Positions 48,762 through 58,086 of a stretch of DNA of 64,000 bases are shown here, piece after piece. The notes under the pieces are model-generated. The model was not told the DNA's origin. It ran no database searches and saw only the letters and a program-made list of their open reading frames with translations. This DNA is from a virus (Duplodnaviria; Caudoviricetes), in IMG/VR virus record IMGVR_UViG_3300033074_001354, positions 32,001 to 96,000 of that record, one strand, 5' to 3'. The number at the start of each line of letters is the position of its first letter. Positions within the stretch are counted from its first letter, which is position 1. Made by a program: the position numbers and the translations under genes.

Positions 48762-49421
48762 TTAAACAGTGACGCCAACAACGGCGTCGTAAGCAGAATG
48801 AATTTGATTAAGAGCGGAACGGAAATCACCAGGCTGAATATTCAATGTGTCCATGATATTCCACTTATAGACACGAACGCATTCAGCACCACGAATTTTG
48901 GCATTGCTCTTTTTAAGATGAGCTTTCCTGGCCGAAGAACGCTCGCATGATTCAAGCAATTCTTTGTTCGGATTCATGATTAGGTTGAAGACTTGTAGCG
49001 AAAGACCAGAAAGTATATCTCGCATTTGCTGCTGCATGATGTTCATGTGCATTTCATCAAAAGCATTGCTATGAACATTGTCAAATTCCGGCCCAAGCTC
49101 AACCTGGATGCCATCCCGTTTTTGAACACGAGAAAACCTAAACAATGAATCCGCACGATTTCTGATAGCTTGGCAGACATAATTACGAATATCATCTGCA
49201 CGCTTCTGCTCGTCGGAAACTTTGTTCAAATTGGAATTAGGATCATTAACAACTTCGCAGCACTTCAAAAGAGTAATCTGAAGTTCCTGGTACAAATCTT
49301 CAAAATCTAAACTTGCGTGGTTTGGAATTTTGTAACGGCGAGCTATACTTCTTGCGTAGTAAATGTATTTCTTGAAGGTGGGATCGTTTACGGTCTTTGC
49401 TAGATTATCAAAGTCTCTCAT
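48762..49421 (-). CDS. Second sigma-factor-like protein
   Basis: Region-2-like ARSIARRY...DFEDLYQE..I.LL, Y....IRNR...L.R; RBS AGGAGACCCC. Confidence 0.6.
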   Translation of the reverse strand: MRDFDNLAKTVNDPTFKKYIYYARSIARRYKIPNHASLDFEDLYQELQITLLKCCEVVNDPNSNLNKVSDEQKRADDIRNYVCQAIRNRADSLFRFSRVQKRDGIQVELGPEFDNVHSNAFDEMHMNIMQQQMRDILSGLSLQVFNLIMNPNKELLESCERSSARKAHLKKSNAKIRGAECVRVYKWNIMDTLNIQPGDFRSALNQIHSAYDAVVGVTV

Positions 49422-49460
49422 TGGGGTCTCCTATAAGTTAAGATCGACTTACGAGATGTC

Positions 49461-49488
49461 ATTATACCGCATTTTAGCATAAAGTAAA
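49461..49488 (-). promoter_or_regulatory. Host sigma70-type promoter (TTTACT-N16-TATAAT) with AT-rich upstream tract
   Basis: Perfect -10 box about 40 nt upstream of the sigma-like gene. Confidence 0.5.
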
Positions 49489-49563
49489 GAACTATTTTTC
49501 AACTATTTTAGGCCTCCTCCACTATGAGGTAACGGCCTATTAGTATAAAACTTTAGTACTATT

Positions 49564-50805
49564 TTAGCTCAAATCTTCTCGTACACGCATAAACTGTGGA
49601 AAACGAATACGTCCATCTGGCGTAAGATGCTTAAACCCTTCTACTTCTATAATCTTGCCAATCATCTCATCACGTTTTGACCAAAAATCTTTGCGCTCCT
49701 CTTCCTTAAACCCACCACCAACATGCGTTTGCACCCCATTAAGATTACAGATGAAGTACCCAAGCATACCTTTTAGCTTACCTTTTCCTTCCTCGTACCC
49801 AATAATAGTGACATCCCATGTTGCAACAGGTTTCCACTTGAGCCAAAATTCACTGCGATCAAACGGGTACATGGCGTTCAATTCTTTCAAGACAGAACCC
49901 TCAAGACCTTTATCTAAATACTCTTCATGAATTTTCATGGCCTCTTCCAAAGAAGAAACAGATTTATGCTCAAGAACTTCAATTTTACCTGGCTTATCAA
50001 AAACTTTGAGCATCGTTTCATACCTAATTTCAAATCTCGGAGTATTGCGAGAAATCCATTGTTCAGTATGCATGTAATCAAACACCAGGTACTTCAATTC
50101 TTTGGTATCTCTTTCAGACTTAGAAGCACGAACAACTTTAGCTGTTCCTTCCCAAGTACCACTGGCTATAATCTCTCCATCTATAACACAATTGGTAAAT
50201 CCCATCTGCTTGATTTCTTCTCCGATACTTTCAAGATTATACAGTGGCTTGAACCCACGAGACACAAAATTGACATCTCCTGCTCCATCAACAAAAGCAA
50301 TGCATCTCATGCCATCTATCTTCGGAGAAATGCACCATTTTCCATCCGGCAGTTTGCCAGATTCATCATCAAGAGAATCACATAACGCTATCTCAAATTC
50401 TGGGATTAACTTTGGCCAAACTTTATTCACAGTCCCAGTTGACATGCCTGCTCTAAGATTCTTCTGGAAAACTTTGAATAGCCATTTGCGAACAATAGGA
50501 TCTTTAGTCGTAAGAGTCTCTGACAGAAGTTCTCTTGCTGCATTGCCAGTAATCTCTCTTGCAGCAAGCTCATCCCTGACAAGCTTGAGTTCTTCCAGAC
50601 TAGGCACATCTTCCCTTGGATTAGAGTGCTCATCAACTTCAGAAATACCGTAATTAAGGTATGGGTTTAATGCTGTTGTCATGAGGAACTGCATAGCCTC
50701 TGGGGACGCTTTGGAAAGAATATCTTTCTTGGCATTTGAGCCTTGGGCTTGCTCTATTTGCTCAAGTGTGTAACAAGCTTCTGCAATAGAGTTCAATTTA
50801 CGCAC
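49564..50805 (-). CDS. lig: ATP-dependent DNA ligase
   Basis: KIDGMR, SR..K, DGEI, VFD, EGSVLK, WLKWK, VGGGF, RFP.F...R.D. Confidence 0.93.
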   Translation of the reverse strand: MRKLNSIAEACYTLEQIEQAQGSNAKKDILSKASPEAMQFLMTTALNPYLNYGISEVDEHSNPREDVPSLEELKLVRDELAAREITGNAARELLSETLTTKDPIVRKWLFKVFQKNLRAGMSTGTVNKVWPKLIPEFEIALCDSLDDESGKLPDGKWCISPKIDGMRCIAFVDGAGDVNFVSRGFKPLYNLESIGEEIKQMGFTNCVIDGEIIASGTWEGTAKVVRASKSERDTKELKYLVFDYMHTEQWISRNTPRFEIRYETMLKVFDKPGKIEVLEHKSVSSLEEAMKIHEEYLDKGLEGSVLKELNAMYPFDRSEFWLKWKPVATWDVTIIGYEEGKGKLKGMLGYFICNLNGVQTHVGGGFKEEERKDFWSKRDEMIGKIIEVEGFKHLTPDGRIRFPQFMRVREDLS

Positions 50806-51008
50806 ACAGCGATCCGTCCATCGGATTCGCCATGCTCCTCATCATCTTCAAAAATGAATTCACTGAATTCACCGTCATCAGTATATTTACCAAGAGAAGG
50901 CTCGTATTCTACAGCATGATAATCATTACCTTCATCATCACTGGAATACACAACCAAGGCGTCTTGCGGAAATTTGGAGAGATGCTCGATTAATTCTTTG
51001 ACTGTCAT
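50793..51008 (-). CDS. Small acidic hypothetical protein
   Basis: MTVKELIE.L..FP.DA.V..S.DDEGN motif common in phage. Confidence 0.65.
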   Translation of the reverse strand: MTVKELIEHLSKFPQDALVVYSSDDEGNDYHAVEYEPSLGKYTDDGEFSEFIFEDDEEHGESDGRIAVCVN

Positions 51009-51016
51009 AAAATACC

Positions 51017-51409
51017 TCAGTTGAAGTTGAATTGAACGTTATATTTTGTTGCACGAACTGGCCACACATATGGCAAGTTCAAAGGCGTTCCAGCAAATGT
51101 AATCCCATAATATGCAGCATCTTTCCTAATAAGATTGCTACGATGCGACATATGCAAATCTTCTCTGCCTAACCATTCAGGATATACAATTACCACAGCT
51201 TTACCTGTTTCGGCGTATATCCAAAACACGCATTTCAATCCATCAAATTCATCAGTGAGCTCAAGGCTAACATAACCATTGTCCAATGTTGGCCAATCTT
51301 CATGGTCACGAGAATCTTCACCAAGAAACTTCTTCAAATGAGCGAGCTCAGATGCTTTCAATTCTCTAGTGAATTTAAACTCACCGATGTATTCAGTATG
51401 ATATCCCAT
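51017..51409 (-). CDS. Apparently chimeric protein; C-terminus resembles the MSMEG_6728/pyrimidine-dimer-glycosylase-like tail
   Basis: PEWLG...H.SHRSNL.RKD..YY...LPYVWP without that family's N-terminal MQTF region. Confidence 0.45.
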   Translation of the reverse strand: MGYHTEYIGEFKFTRELKASELAHLKKFLGEDSRDHEDWPTLDNGYVSLELTDEFDGLKCVFWIYAETGKAVVIVYPEWLGREDLHMSHRSNLIRKDAAYYGITFAGTPLNLPYVWPVRATKYNVQFNFN

Positions 51410-51410
51410 C

Positions 51411-53030
51411 TTACATCATCCCCTGTGGCATACCACTTTGAGCCTTTTCTTGCTCTGGCTCATCCACTATAAGGACTTCCGTAGTTAACAGCAATCCAGA
51501 AACACTTGCCGCATTCTGAAGAGCGCTACGAGTAACTTTCTTTGGATCAAGGACACCTGCCTTAACCAAATCTTCATACTGGCCAGTAGCTGCATTATAC
51601 CCTAGCCCAGCTTCACTAGAAAGAACTTTCTGCACAACTACAGAACCTTCAGCACCAGCATTATTAGCAATTTGACGCATTGGCTCTTCAAGAGCTCGCT
51701 TTACAATTTGTGCTCCTACCAATTCATCACCACTAAGATTCAACTTATCCACTAAACCAGCAAGAATCAAAAGAGCAAGTCCACCACCAGGAACAGTACC
51801 CTCCTCAATCGCAGCACGAGTGGCATGTAGAGCATCATCCAAACGATCCTTTTTCTCTTTCATTTCCAACTCAGTTGCTGCACCGACACGAATTACTGCA
51901 ACTCCACCAGACAATTTAGCCAAACGCTGTTGAAGCCTCTCTTTATCAAATTCCAACTTTGCTTCCTGGATTTGAGCACGCAAAGTAGCAATTCTTTCTT
52001 CTAGTTCTTCAGGAAGACCTGCTCCTTCAACAATTGTCGTATAATCTTTTGATACACGAATCAATTTTGCACGGCCAAGAGCCTTAATCGTTAGCTTATC
52101 CATTTTAAAATCCAAATCATCAGAAACAACTTCTGTTCCTGTTAGGATGGCTATATCCTTCAATAATTGTTTACGAAGATCACCAAATCCTGGAGCCTTT
52201 ACGCAGCAAACATTTAGTTGGCCACGAAGTTTGTTGACTATAAGAGCAGCAAGAGCCTCTCCATCAATATCATCAGCAATAATCAATAGACCTTTACCTG
52301 CCTGAGCTACCTGCTGAAGAATAGGGAGAATCTCAGCAATTGCACTAAGCTTCTTATCTGTCACTATAACATATGCATCTTCATACACAAATTCCATACG
52401 AGCCTGATCCGTAACGAAATAGGATGAAATATAGCCCCGATCAAACTGCATGCCTTCAACTACATCCAAAGAAGTAGCCATTGTCTTAGACTCTTCAATC
52501 GTAATGACACCGTCTTTTCCAACTTTTTCTATGGCATCTGCCAATAACTTGCCAATCTCAGCATCACCATTTGCACTTATCCTGGCGACCTGCTCAATTT
52601 CTGTTTTATCTTGGCCTATGGGCTTGGCCATGCTGTTTAAACCTTCTATAACGGCTTCCACGGCCTTATCAATGCCACGCTTAAGGGCGGTCGGGTTTGC
52701 TCCAGCGGTAACGTTCTTGAGTCCTTCTTTATAGATAGACTGTGCTAACACAGTGGCAGTAGTCGTGCCATCACCAGCAGTATCAGAAGTCTTAGATGCG
52801 ACTTCCTTCACCATTTGTGCTCCAAGATCTTCATACTGATCTTTGAGAACTATTTCTTTTGCAACTGTAACACCATCTTTGGTTATGACAGGAGCACCAT
52901 ACTTTTTGCCAATCACCACATTCCTGCCTTTAGGCCCTAGCGTGACTTTCACGGCGTCAGCCAATTGGTCAACACCTCGTTGAACTGCTGCACGTGCTTT
53001 ATCATTAAACAATAACTGCTTTGACATCAT
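51411..53030 (-). CDS. groEL: Chaperonin GroEL
   Basis: [52 protein letters not shown]. Confidence 0.98.
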   Translation of the reverse strand: MMSKQLLFNDKARAAVQRGVDQLADAVKVTLGPKGRNVVIGKKYGAPVITKDGVTVAKEIVLKDQYEDLGAQMVKEVASKTSDTAGDGTTTATVLAQSIYKEGLKNVTAGANPTALKRGIDKAVEAVIEGLNSMAKPIGQDKTEIEQVARISANGDAEIGKLLADAIEKVGKDGVITIEESKTMATSLDVVEGMQFDRGYISSYFVTDQARMEFVYEDAYVIVTDKKLSAIAEILPILQQVAQAGKGLLIIADDIDGEALAALIVNKLRGQLNVCCVKAPGFGDLRKQLLKDIAILTGTEVVSDDLDFKMDKLTIKALGRAKLIRVSKDYTTIVEGAGLPEELEERIATLRAQIQEAKLEFDKERLQQRLAKLSGGVAVIRVGAATELEMKEKKDRLDDALHATRAAIEEGTVPGGGLALLILAGLVDKLNLSGDELVGAQIVKRALEEPMRQIANNAGAEGSVVVQKVLSSEAGLGYNAATGQYEDLVKAGVLDPKKVTRSALQNAASVSGLLLTTEVLIVDEPEQEKAQSGMPQGMM

Positions 53031-53047
53031 TTTCTCCTTAGGTTATA

Positions 53048-53119
53048 CAGGGGAGGCAGGATTCGAACCTACAACCAAGTGATTAACAATCACCTACTCT
53101 ACCATTGAGCTACTCCCCT
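53048..53119 (-). tRNA. tRNA-Asn(GTT)
   Basis: Acceptor AGGGGAG/CTCCCCT, D arm GCTC-AATGGTA-GAGT, anticodon arm GTGA-TTGTTAA-TCAC, T loop TTCGAAT. Confidence 0.85.
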
Positions 53120-53155
53120 ATGTGTAATAGTCAACGAGAGTAAAACAACTTTTCC

Positions 53156-53443
53156 TTATGATTCCTTGACGTAAAGAATATCATTCTCACGAATGATGCG
53201 ATGACGCTTATTCTCAATCATTATTTGATCACCAACATGATCTGCAATAACCACAATATCACCCTGCTTAACAGCCACGGGAATCGTAACACCAGATTCA
53301 AGTAACCTGCCTTCTCCGTGCATAACAACAATTCCCTCTGGCTTTGCTTGAGGATCCTTCGGAACATACAACCCACCAACATTGTCCTCTGGATCTATCA
53401 TGCGGATTAAGATCTTTTCACCGAGTACTTTGCCTTTGCTCAT
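53156..53443 (-). CDS. groES: Co-chaperonin GroES
   Basis: LGEKILI...GGLYVP...G.VV..GEGR...VK.GD.V...IIRENDIL; upstream of groEL. Confidence 0.9.
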   Translation of the reverse strand: MSKGKVLGEKILIRMIDPEDNVGGLYVPKDPQAKPEGIVVMHGEGRLLESGVTIPVAVKQGDIVVIADHVGDQIMIENKRHRIIRENDILYVKES

Positions 53444-53560
53444 ATTGCTTGTTACTCCTTTATTTTACTAGTATAGATATACATCAGTCAATGAAGATAG
53501 AACGCCTAATTGCACTATCCGTATGTCATAAATTAGTGCACATTGTGCAACACGAGTAGC

Positions 53561-54058
53561 CTAGATAGGTATTAACTGTCTAACACGCTCTTTTGAAATA
53601 TTGTAGATATAACCAATCTGCTCAAGAGTCAACCCCTCTTGTCGCAGCTTTTTAATGCGTTCTATTCTCTCATCTTGCTTCTTTGGCCCAACCTTTTTAA
53701 CAAAATTCTTATACACTCTTGTATAACTCAACCCAAATTTAGCTCTCAAATTCCATGCGTATCCATTAGAAATATTCAACTTCTTAGCATTCTCTTCAAC
53801 ACTTAAATCAGCATCCCACTCAGAAGCTAATCTTTTATGTAATTCAAGCCTATAATGATTTCTTCCTCGGGCAGGATGCTTGACAAATTTTAAATTATAT
53901 TTAAATGTCAATGCTCTAGCCCTTCCATTGTCAAGACCAAGTGCCTCCGCATTTTCTATAAAAATCCTATTTTCATCCCACAATAAAAGTCTATCATACA
54001 ATTTCTTAGCATTAACATTGCTTTTTAGGACCACTTGTATAACTTGCTCTTTATTCAT
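53561..54058 (-). CDS. DNA-binding protein with sigma region-4-like HTH
   Basis: GLTLEQIGYIYNISKERVRQL. Confidence 0.7.
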   Translation of the reverse strand: MNKEQVIQVVLKSNVNAKKLYDRLLLWDENRIFIENAEALGLDNGRARALTFKYNLKFVKHPARGRNHYRLELHKRLASEWDADLSVEENAKKLNISNGYAWNLRAKFGLSYTRVYKNFVKKVGPKKQDERIERIKKLRQEGLTLEQIGYIYNISKERVRQLIPI

Positions 54059-54085
54059 AGTTCCTCACATGTTTAACAACAATAT

Positions 54086-54460
54086 CTATTTACTACAAAT
54101 ATCAGATACAAAAACTTGACATCTACAATACTTGCAAGCAGCATGCATTCTATTCTGCGCATCTTCATATGAATCAAAGTGCCTATAATAGGTATGACCA
54201 CACTGACAAAGTGTATCATCACCAAACGATGGGTCATATAGCATTGTATGCCTAGCTACTTCATTCCAAGAATTAACACCCGGTGCATTAGTCTCGTCAA
54301 AAGTCCAATTTGGCCTGATATCTGCCCAAGACCAGCTCTCCTTGCCTGTAACATGCAGAGAAAACATTGGCTTATCCTTTGGCATTTCTGGGTGCTCCAG
54401 AGAAATCAATAACTTTTCAATCTCTGCCGCAATAAATTGTTTTTCTTTTTGACTAAACAT
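54086..54460 (-). CDS. Hypothetical two-module protein
   Basis: C-terminal YDP.FGD...C.CGH.YYRHFDSYE...CKYC.C module. Confidence 0.6.
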   Translation of the reverse strand: MFSQKEKQFIAAEIEKLLISLEHPEMPKDKPMFSLHVTGKESWSWADIRPNWTFDETNAPGVNSWNEVARHTMLYDPSFGDDTLCQCGHTYYRHFDSYEDAQNRMHAACKYCRCQVFVSDICSK

Positions 54461-54512
54461 ACTATCCTCTGATATGTATCCACTATCAACAAATTCAAAG
54501 TAGCCTGATATC

Positions 54513-54875
54513 TTACAGTATCAGATCAACTAGGTCTTCAGCATGCAGATACACTTCATACAACCCACAAGAATGACCATATTCCCATGCTTTCGAAAAC
54601 AAGAGATCTTTCTTAGGATTGTTAGAAATGCCGAGATACTCAAAAAGATCTTGTTTAAACTGTTCATGCAGCTCAGCAGTTTTCTGCTGGTATATCACCC
54701 GAGATTCTTTATATTTCAGGATATCTGCTTCATGCGTTTCCACAGCCTTGGCGAAAGACTTGCATTTTTCAACATATTCTTTTGTATCAGATGCTTTGTA
54801 TACAGGATTTGGAGCAATCGGCTTGATGGGTCGTTCTGGGTAAGGCAGTGGATTCTTGTACTTTTCTACATTCAT
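54513..54875 (-). CDS. Conserved phage hypothetical protein
   Basis: FKQDL...K..L.FSKAWE.GHS.G..EV; RBS AGGAGACCCC. Confidence 0.65.
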   Translation of the reverse strand: MNVEKYKNPLPYPERPIKPIAPNPVYKASDTKEYVEKCKSFAKAVETHEADILKYKESRVIYQQKTAELHEQFKQDLFEYLGISNNPKKDLLFSKAWEYGHSCGLYEVYLHAEDLVDLIL

Positions 54876-54894
54876 TTGGGGTCTCCTTTTGTAA

Positions 54895-54946
54895 TGAGAC
54901 TAGAAGTACAGCTTAACAGGCATGTATAGGAACTTCTTTTGCCTCA
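54895..54946 (-). ncRNA. Conserved hairpin RNA, copy C
   Basis: TGAGGC-AAA-AGAAGT-TCCTATA-CATGCCTGTTAAGCTG-T-ACTTCT-A-GTCTCA; preceded by GTTTCTAT. Confidence 0.65.
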
Positions 54947-54983
54947 ATCACTTACATAGAAACTTGAATCTATGCAGTGTCGT

Positions 54984-55958
54984 CTATACTCTTGGACGCC
55001 TAATTATAGAGGATACCATATTTGTAATATTCAACGATTTAGCGTTGCCAACATGTTCATGCACCTGCTCCATGGACATGCTTCCAGCGTCCGTGTTATG
55101 ACCTGTAACTACGCTACATGGGAAGAACGAAGACAGCTCTTTGGCCAAATTCATTGCCTGATCCTCAGCATCTGGATCCAGAAATACCACTACGCTAGAT
55201 GGCTTTTTTCTGTACAACAATCTCTTCTGATCTGTCGACATGGCTTTGCCAAGAATGGCGATATATCCATCGCCACCTTTCATAGCATCAAACATACCCT
55301 CGCATATAACAACTTGACTGCCTTCCTTTATTGAATCATAGTTGAATATAACAGAGTTCTTCTTTATAGCAGGGTTGAGATACTTTTTACTGATCTGCCT
55401 CTGAGCAAACCAACGACCAGTATAGTACACCAAATTGCCTTCCATATAAACTGGTATAATGATTCGCCAAGCATACATGCCACGTATGCAATATCCTATC
55501 TTATGCTTTATGATATCTGAGTCACTAACACCACGGCATCTTAAATATCTAGCAGCACCAACAATATCCTCTTTACTAAGCCTTTCATACAAAGGCACAT
55601 AATTTTCTGGCAGAGTAACCACGCCTGAATCGTCATTTCTCTTTAGAAACACACCTTTGAAAACATCTTCTATTCTTTCTTCAAACTTTCTATCCCAAGA
55701 TCGTGTTGCTAAAATTGGATCATTGTTGAATATATCCTCAAACTTTTCACCCAACTTCTGCATGAAATGATTAAGCCTGGATCCATATTCACACTTGAAG
55801 CAATGAACAATCTTCTTTTCTTGGTTTATCCATAACTTCTTATTCCCTTGACAAAATGGACAATTAATGCGAAGCTCTACTCCTCCAGAGCCTTGAGAAA
55901 CTTCTCCAAACTTCTTTTCTAAAAATCTAACTAATTCTGTATTTTCATAGATATCCAT
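54984..55958 (-). CDS. DNA primase (Zn finger + TOPRIM)
   Basis: CPFC...HCFKC, YL..RG, RIIIP, KY.NP, CEGMFDA, LDPD. Confidence 0.9.
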   Translation of the reverse strand: MDIYENTELVRFLEKKFGEVSQGSGGVELRINCPFCQGNKKLWINQEKKIVHCFKCEYGSRLNHFMQKLGEKFEDIFNNDPILATRSWDRKFEERIEDVFKGVFLKRNDDSGVVTLPENYVPLYERLSKEDIVGAARYLRCRGVSDSDIIKHKIGYCIRGMYAWRIIIPVYMEGNLVYYTGRWFAQRQISKKYLNPAIKKNSVIFNYDSIKEGSQVVICEGMFDAMKGGDGYIAILGKAMSTDQKRLLYRKKPSSVVVFLDPDAEDQAMNLAKELSSFFPCSVVTGHNTDAGSMSMEQVHEHVGNAKSLNITNMVSSIIRRPRV

Positions 55959-57314
55959 TTAATCCATCGACTCTCTGCTTTGTTGAACCTGGCCTGAAGT
56001 GACAGACTCAGTTTGCTGAGACTGCTCAACTTCTGTAATTTGAACTCTTGCCCAATCTGATCTGACATTGATGGTTTGATGCGCTACATTGTCACGATTC
56101 TTTGCTATAAAGAAACGCATCTTGCTGTTACGCTTTTCCTCATCAGTCTGACAAAGAGTTATAACAACATCTGCTATACGTACTTTTTCAAAAGAATCAG
56201 CAACGTCATCCAACGTAACAGTTCTCTTATTTGTTGCTTGCCTTTGGGCTTGAGTTGCGGTCCAGATTGGAACATTCATCTCGCCAGCTATTCCTCTCAA
56301 CGATTCAAAGATTTCCCCTTGTGCAGCATAATCATCCTTATGCCCTTTAGTTGGACGCATTATATCACCATAATCCACAATAACAAGATCTGGCACAAAG
56401 CCATTTGACGATAGCATAGCCAAATGATTTTTAATAGTCATCACGCTGGCAGTACCACTAGGATACTTCTTAATTATTAAATTCCCACCAAACCTCTGAC
56501 CAATCCCTGTAATAGTTTGTATGGCTTCTGTAGTTCTATCATGAATAGTTGCTCTGTCCATACCAGTGAAGCATTTGTCATATCGTTCCGCAATTTTTAG
56601 GTCACTCATTTCCAAAGAATAATGAACAATCTTTTTGCCTAAAAATATGCACGATTTACCAAAAAATGTCAGCACCATGGATTTTCCCATGCTTGTTGAA
56701 GCCATGACAATTCCGAGCTCACCGTTGCCTAACCCACCATTAGTTAACACATCCAAGGATCTTAGAAGAGTGGCAATTTTAACTTCTCTATACTGATGGT
56801 CTACTCCAGTAAGTCTTATCTCGAGTGTCTTGAAGTAATCAAGACCCATTTCTTCAAATCCTGCAGATATCTTTGAAGCCTTATCTATTGTAGCATAGAC
56901 CTTCTGCAAGTAATTATGCTCTCTGCGCTGCAGCATTTCCGCAGATTCCAATATGCCAATCTTCATGGCTTGGTATCTAACAAACTCTTGAATTCTGTCC
57001 TCTAAATACTGTTTATCAGATATATCTGCATCCTGCATCATATCAATGCGAACTGCGTATGCTTCTTGCTTCTCCTCAGAGAATTTAGCACCCTCATACT
57101 CTCTGATCAGCTCAAACAAAGTGTCAAATGTTGGAGACTTCTTATACTCCTCAAAGTATTTTGCTATCACCAAATACATAGTGACATCCATAATGTTCTC
57201 AAAATAAACAGTTCTAATAAGAGAACTATATTTCTTTAAGAAATTTTCATCACGGATACATAGAGATATCAACTTGAGCTGATACTGACTTCCGAAATCA
57301 AATGTATCTAACAT
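55959..57314 (-). CDS. Replicative DnaB/gp41-like helicase
   Basis: GGL..GEL..VMA....GKS, YSLEM, IVDY.D, WTATQ, KNR. Confidence 0.92.
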   Translation of the reverse strand: MLDTFDFGSQYQLKLISLCIRDENFLKKYSSLIRTVYFENIMDVTMYLVIAKYFEEYKKSPTFDTLFELIREYEGAKFSEEKQEAYAVRIDMMQDADISDKQYLEDRIQEFVRYQAMKIGILESAEMLQRREHNYLQKVYATIDKASKISAGFEEMGLDYFKTLEIRLTGVDHQYREVKIATLLRSLDVLTNGGLGNGELGIVMASTSMGKSMVLTFFGKSCIFLGKKIVHYSLEMSDLKIAERYDKCFTGMDRATIHDRTTEAIQTITGIGQRFGGNLIIKKYPSGTASVMTIKNHLAMLSSNGFVPDLVIVDYGDIMRPTKGHKDDYAAQGEIFESLRGIAGEMNVPIWTATQAQRQATNKRTVTLDDVADSFEKVRIADVVITLCQTDEEKRNSKMRFFIAKNRDNVAHQTINVRSDWARVQITEVEQSQQTESVTSGQVQQSRESMD

Positions 57315-57321
57315 CTAACAT

Positions 57322-58086
57322 CTACTCCCAAGTTGCTATAATAGCAGAATAAAGTGACAAAGCCTTATACTCTTTATGCCCTACAACTTCTATTTTAACG
57401 CCATATTTCTCTATAGTTTCTTGTCTTTTACGTATAGACAAAGGAGTTTCATATCCTTTTACTTCAACGTATGTATTTCTGTTTATCAAAAAGAAATCAG
57501 GGCGATATCTATACCCTTCCAACTGGAAAGTTTTCTTCTCATAAGTGTATGGTTCTTTAATATAATTTAAATACCTAGCGTAGTTAGCTTCCCATCTTGA
57601 CCTAACAAAGTGCCCTATATCTTCTCTGTGGCCAGACTTACCACGACCCATCTTTGCATTATCAAACACACCGGAATCCCACATTTTCCTTGTCGCCACT
57701 CTATGTCTATCTTTTGATTCTTCAGACAACTTCCACTTCTTGCCTTTAACATTTTTATTGCCATCAGCATTATGGTTACCGATCTTTGCTAAAGAATATG
57801 TCTTCCGAGATTCCTCAGACAATATTCTACCAACGCAAAGTTTATTTCCTAACATCCTATCTCTTCTATATTCTAGTTCACCAGGCTTCCAATTTAATTT
57901 CATTCCTAGAGTTGTATGAGTTCCAAAGGCAGGATTATTAGAACCATTTTTATCTCTCAAAGATATCTTCTTGCCTTTATCAGTATGAGCAAAGAACTTG
58001 TGACCTCCCATACCTCCAGATTTTATTGCCTTACCACATACGTCACAGTTTGTCATACTGTGGCACTCATAGGAGTGAAATAACAC
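57322..58086 (-). CDS. Free-standing endonuclease (NUMOD3-like repeats + PD-(D/E)xK domain)
   Basis: LSEES repeats; RSRWE...A..L...YE...YRPDFFL...YVEVKG. Confidence 0.7.
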   Translation of the reverse strand: MLFHSYECHSMTNCDVCGKAIKSGGMGGHKFFAHTDKGKKISLRDKNGSNNPAFGTHTTLGMKLNWKPGELEYRRDRMLGNKLCVGRILSEESRKTYSLAKIGNHNADGNKNVKGKKWKLSEESKDRHRVATRKMWDSGVFDNAKMGRGKSGHREDIGHFVRSRWEANYARYLNYIKEPYTYEKKTFQLEGYRYRPDFFLINRNTYVEVKGYETPLSIRKRQETIEKYGVKIEVVGHKEYKALSLYSAIIATWE

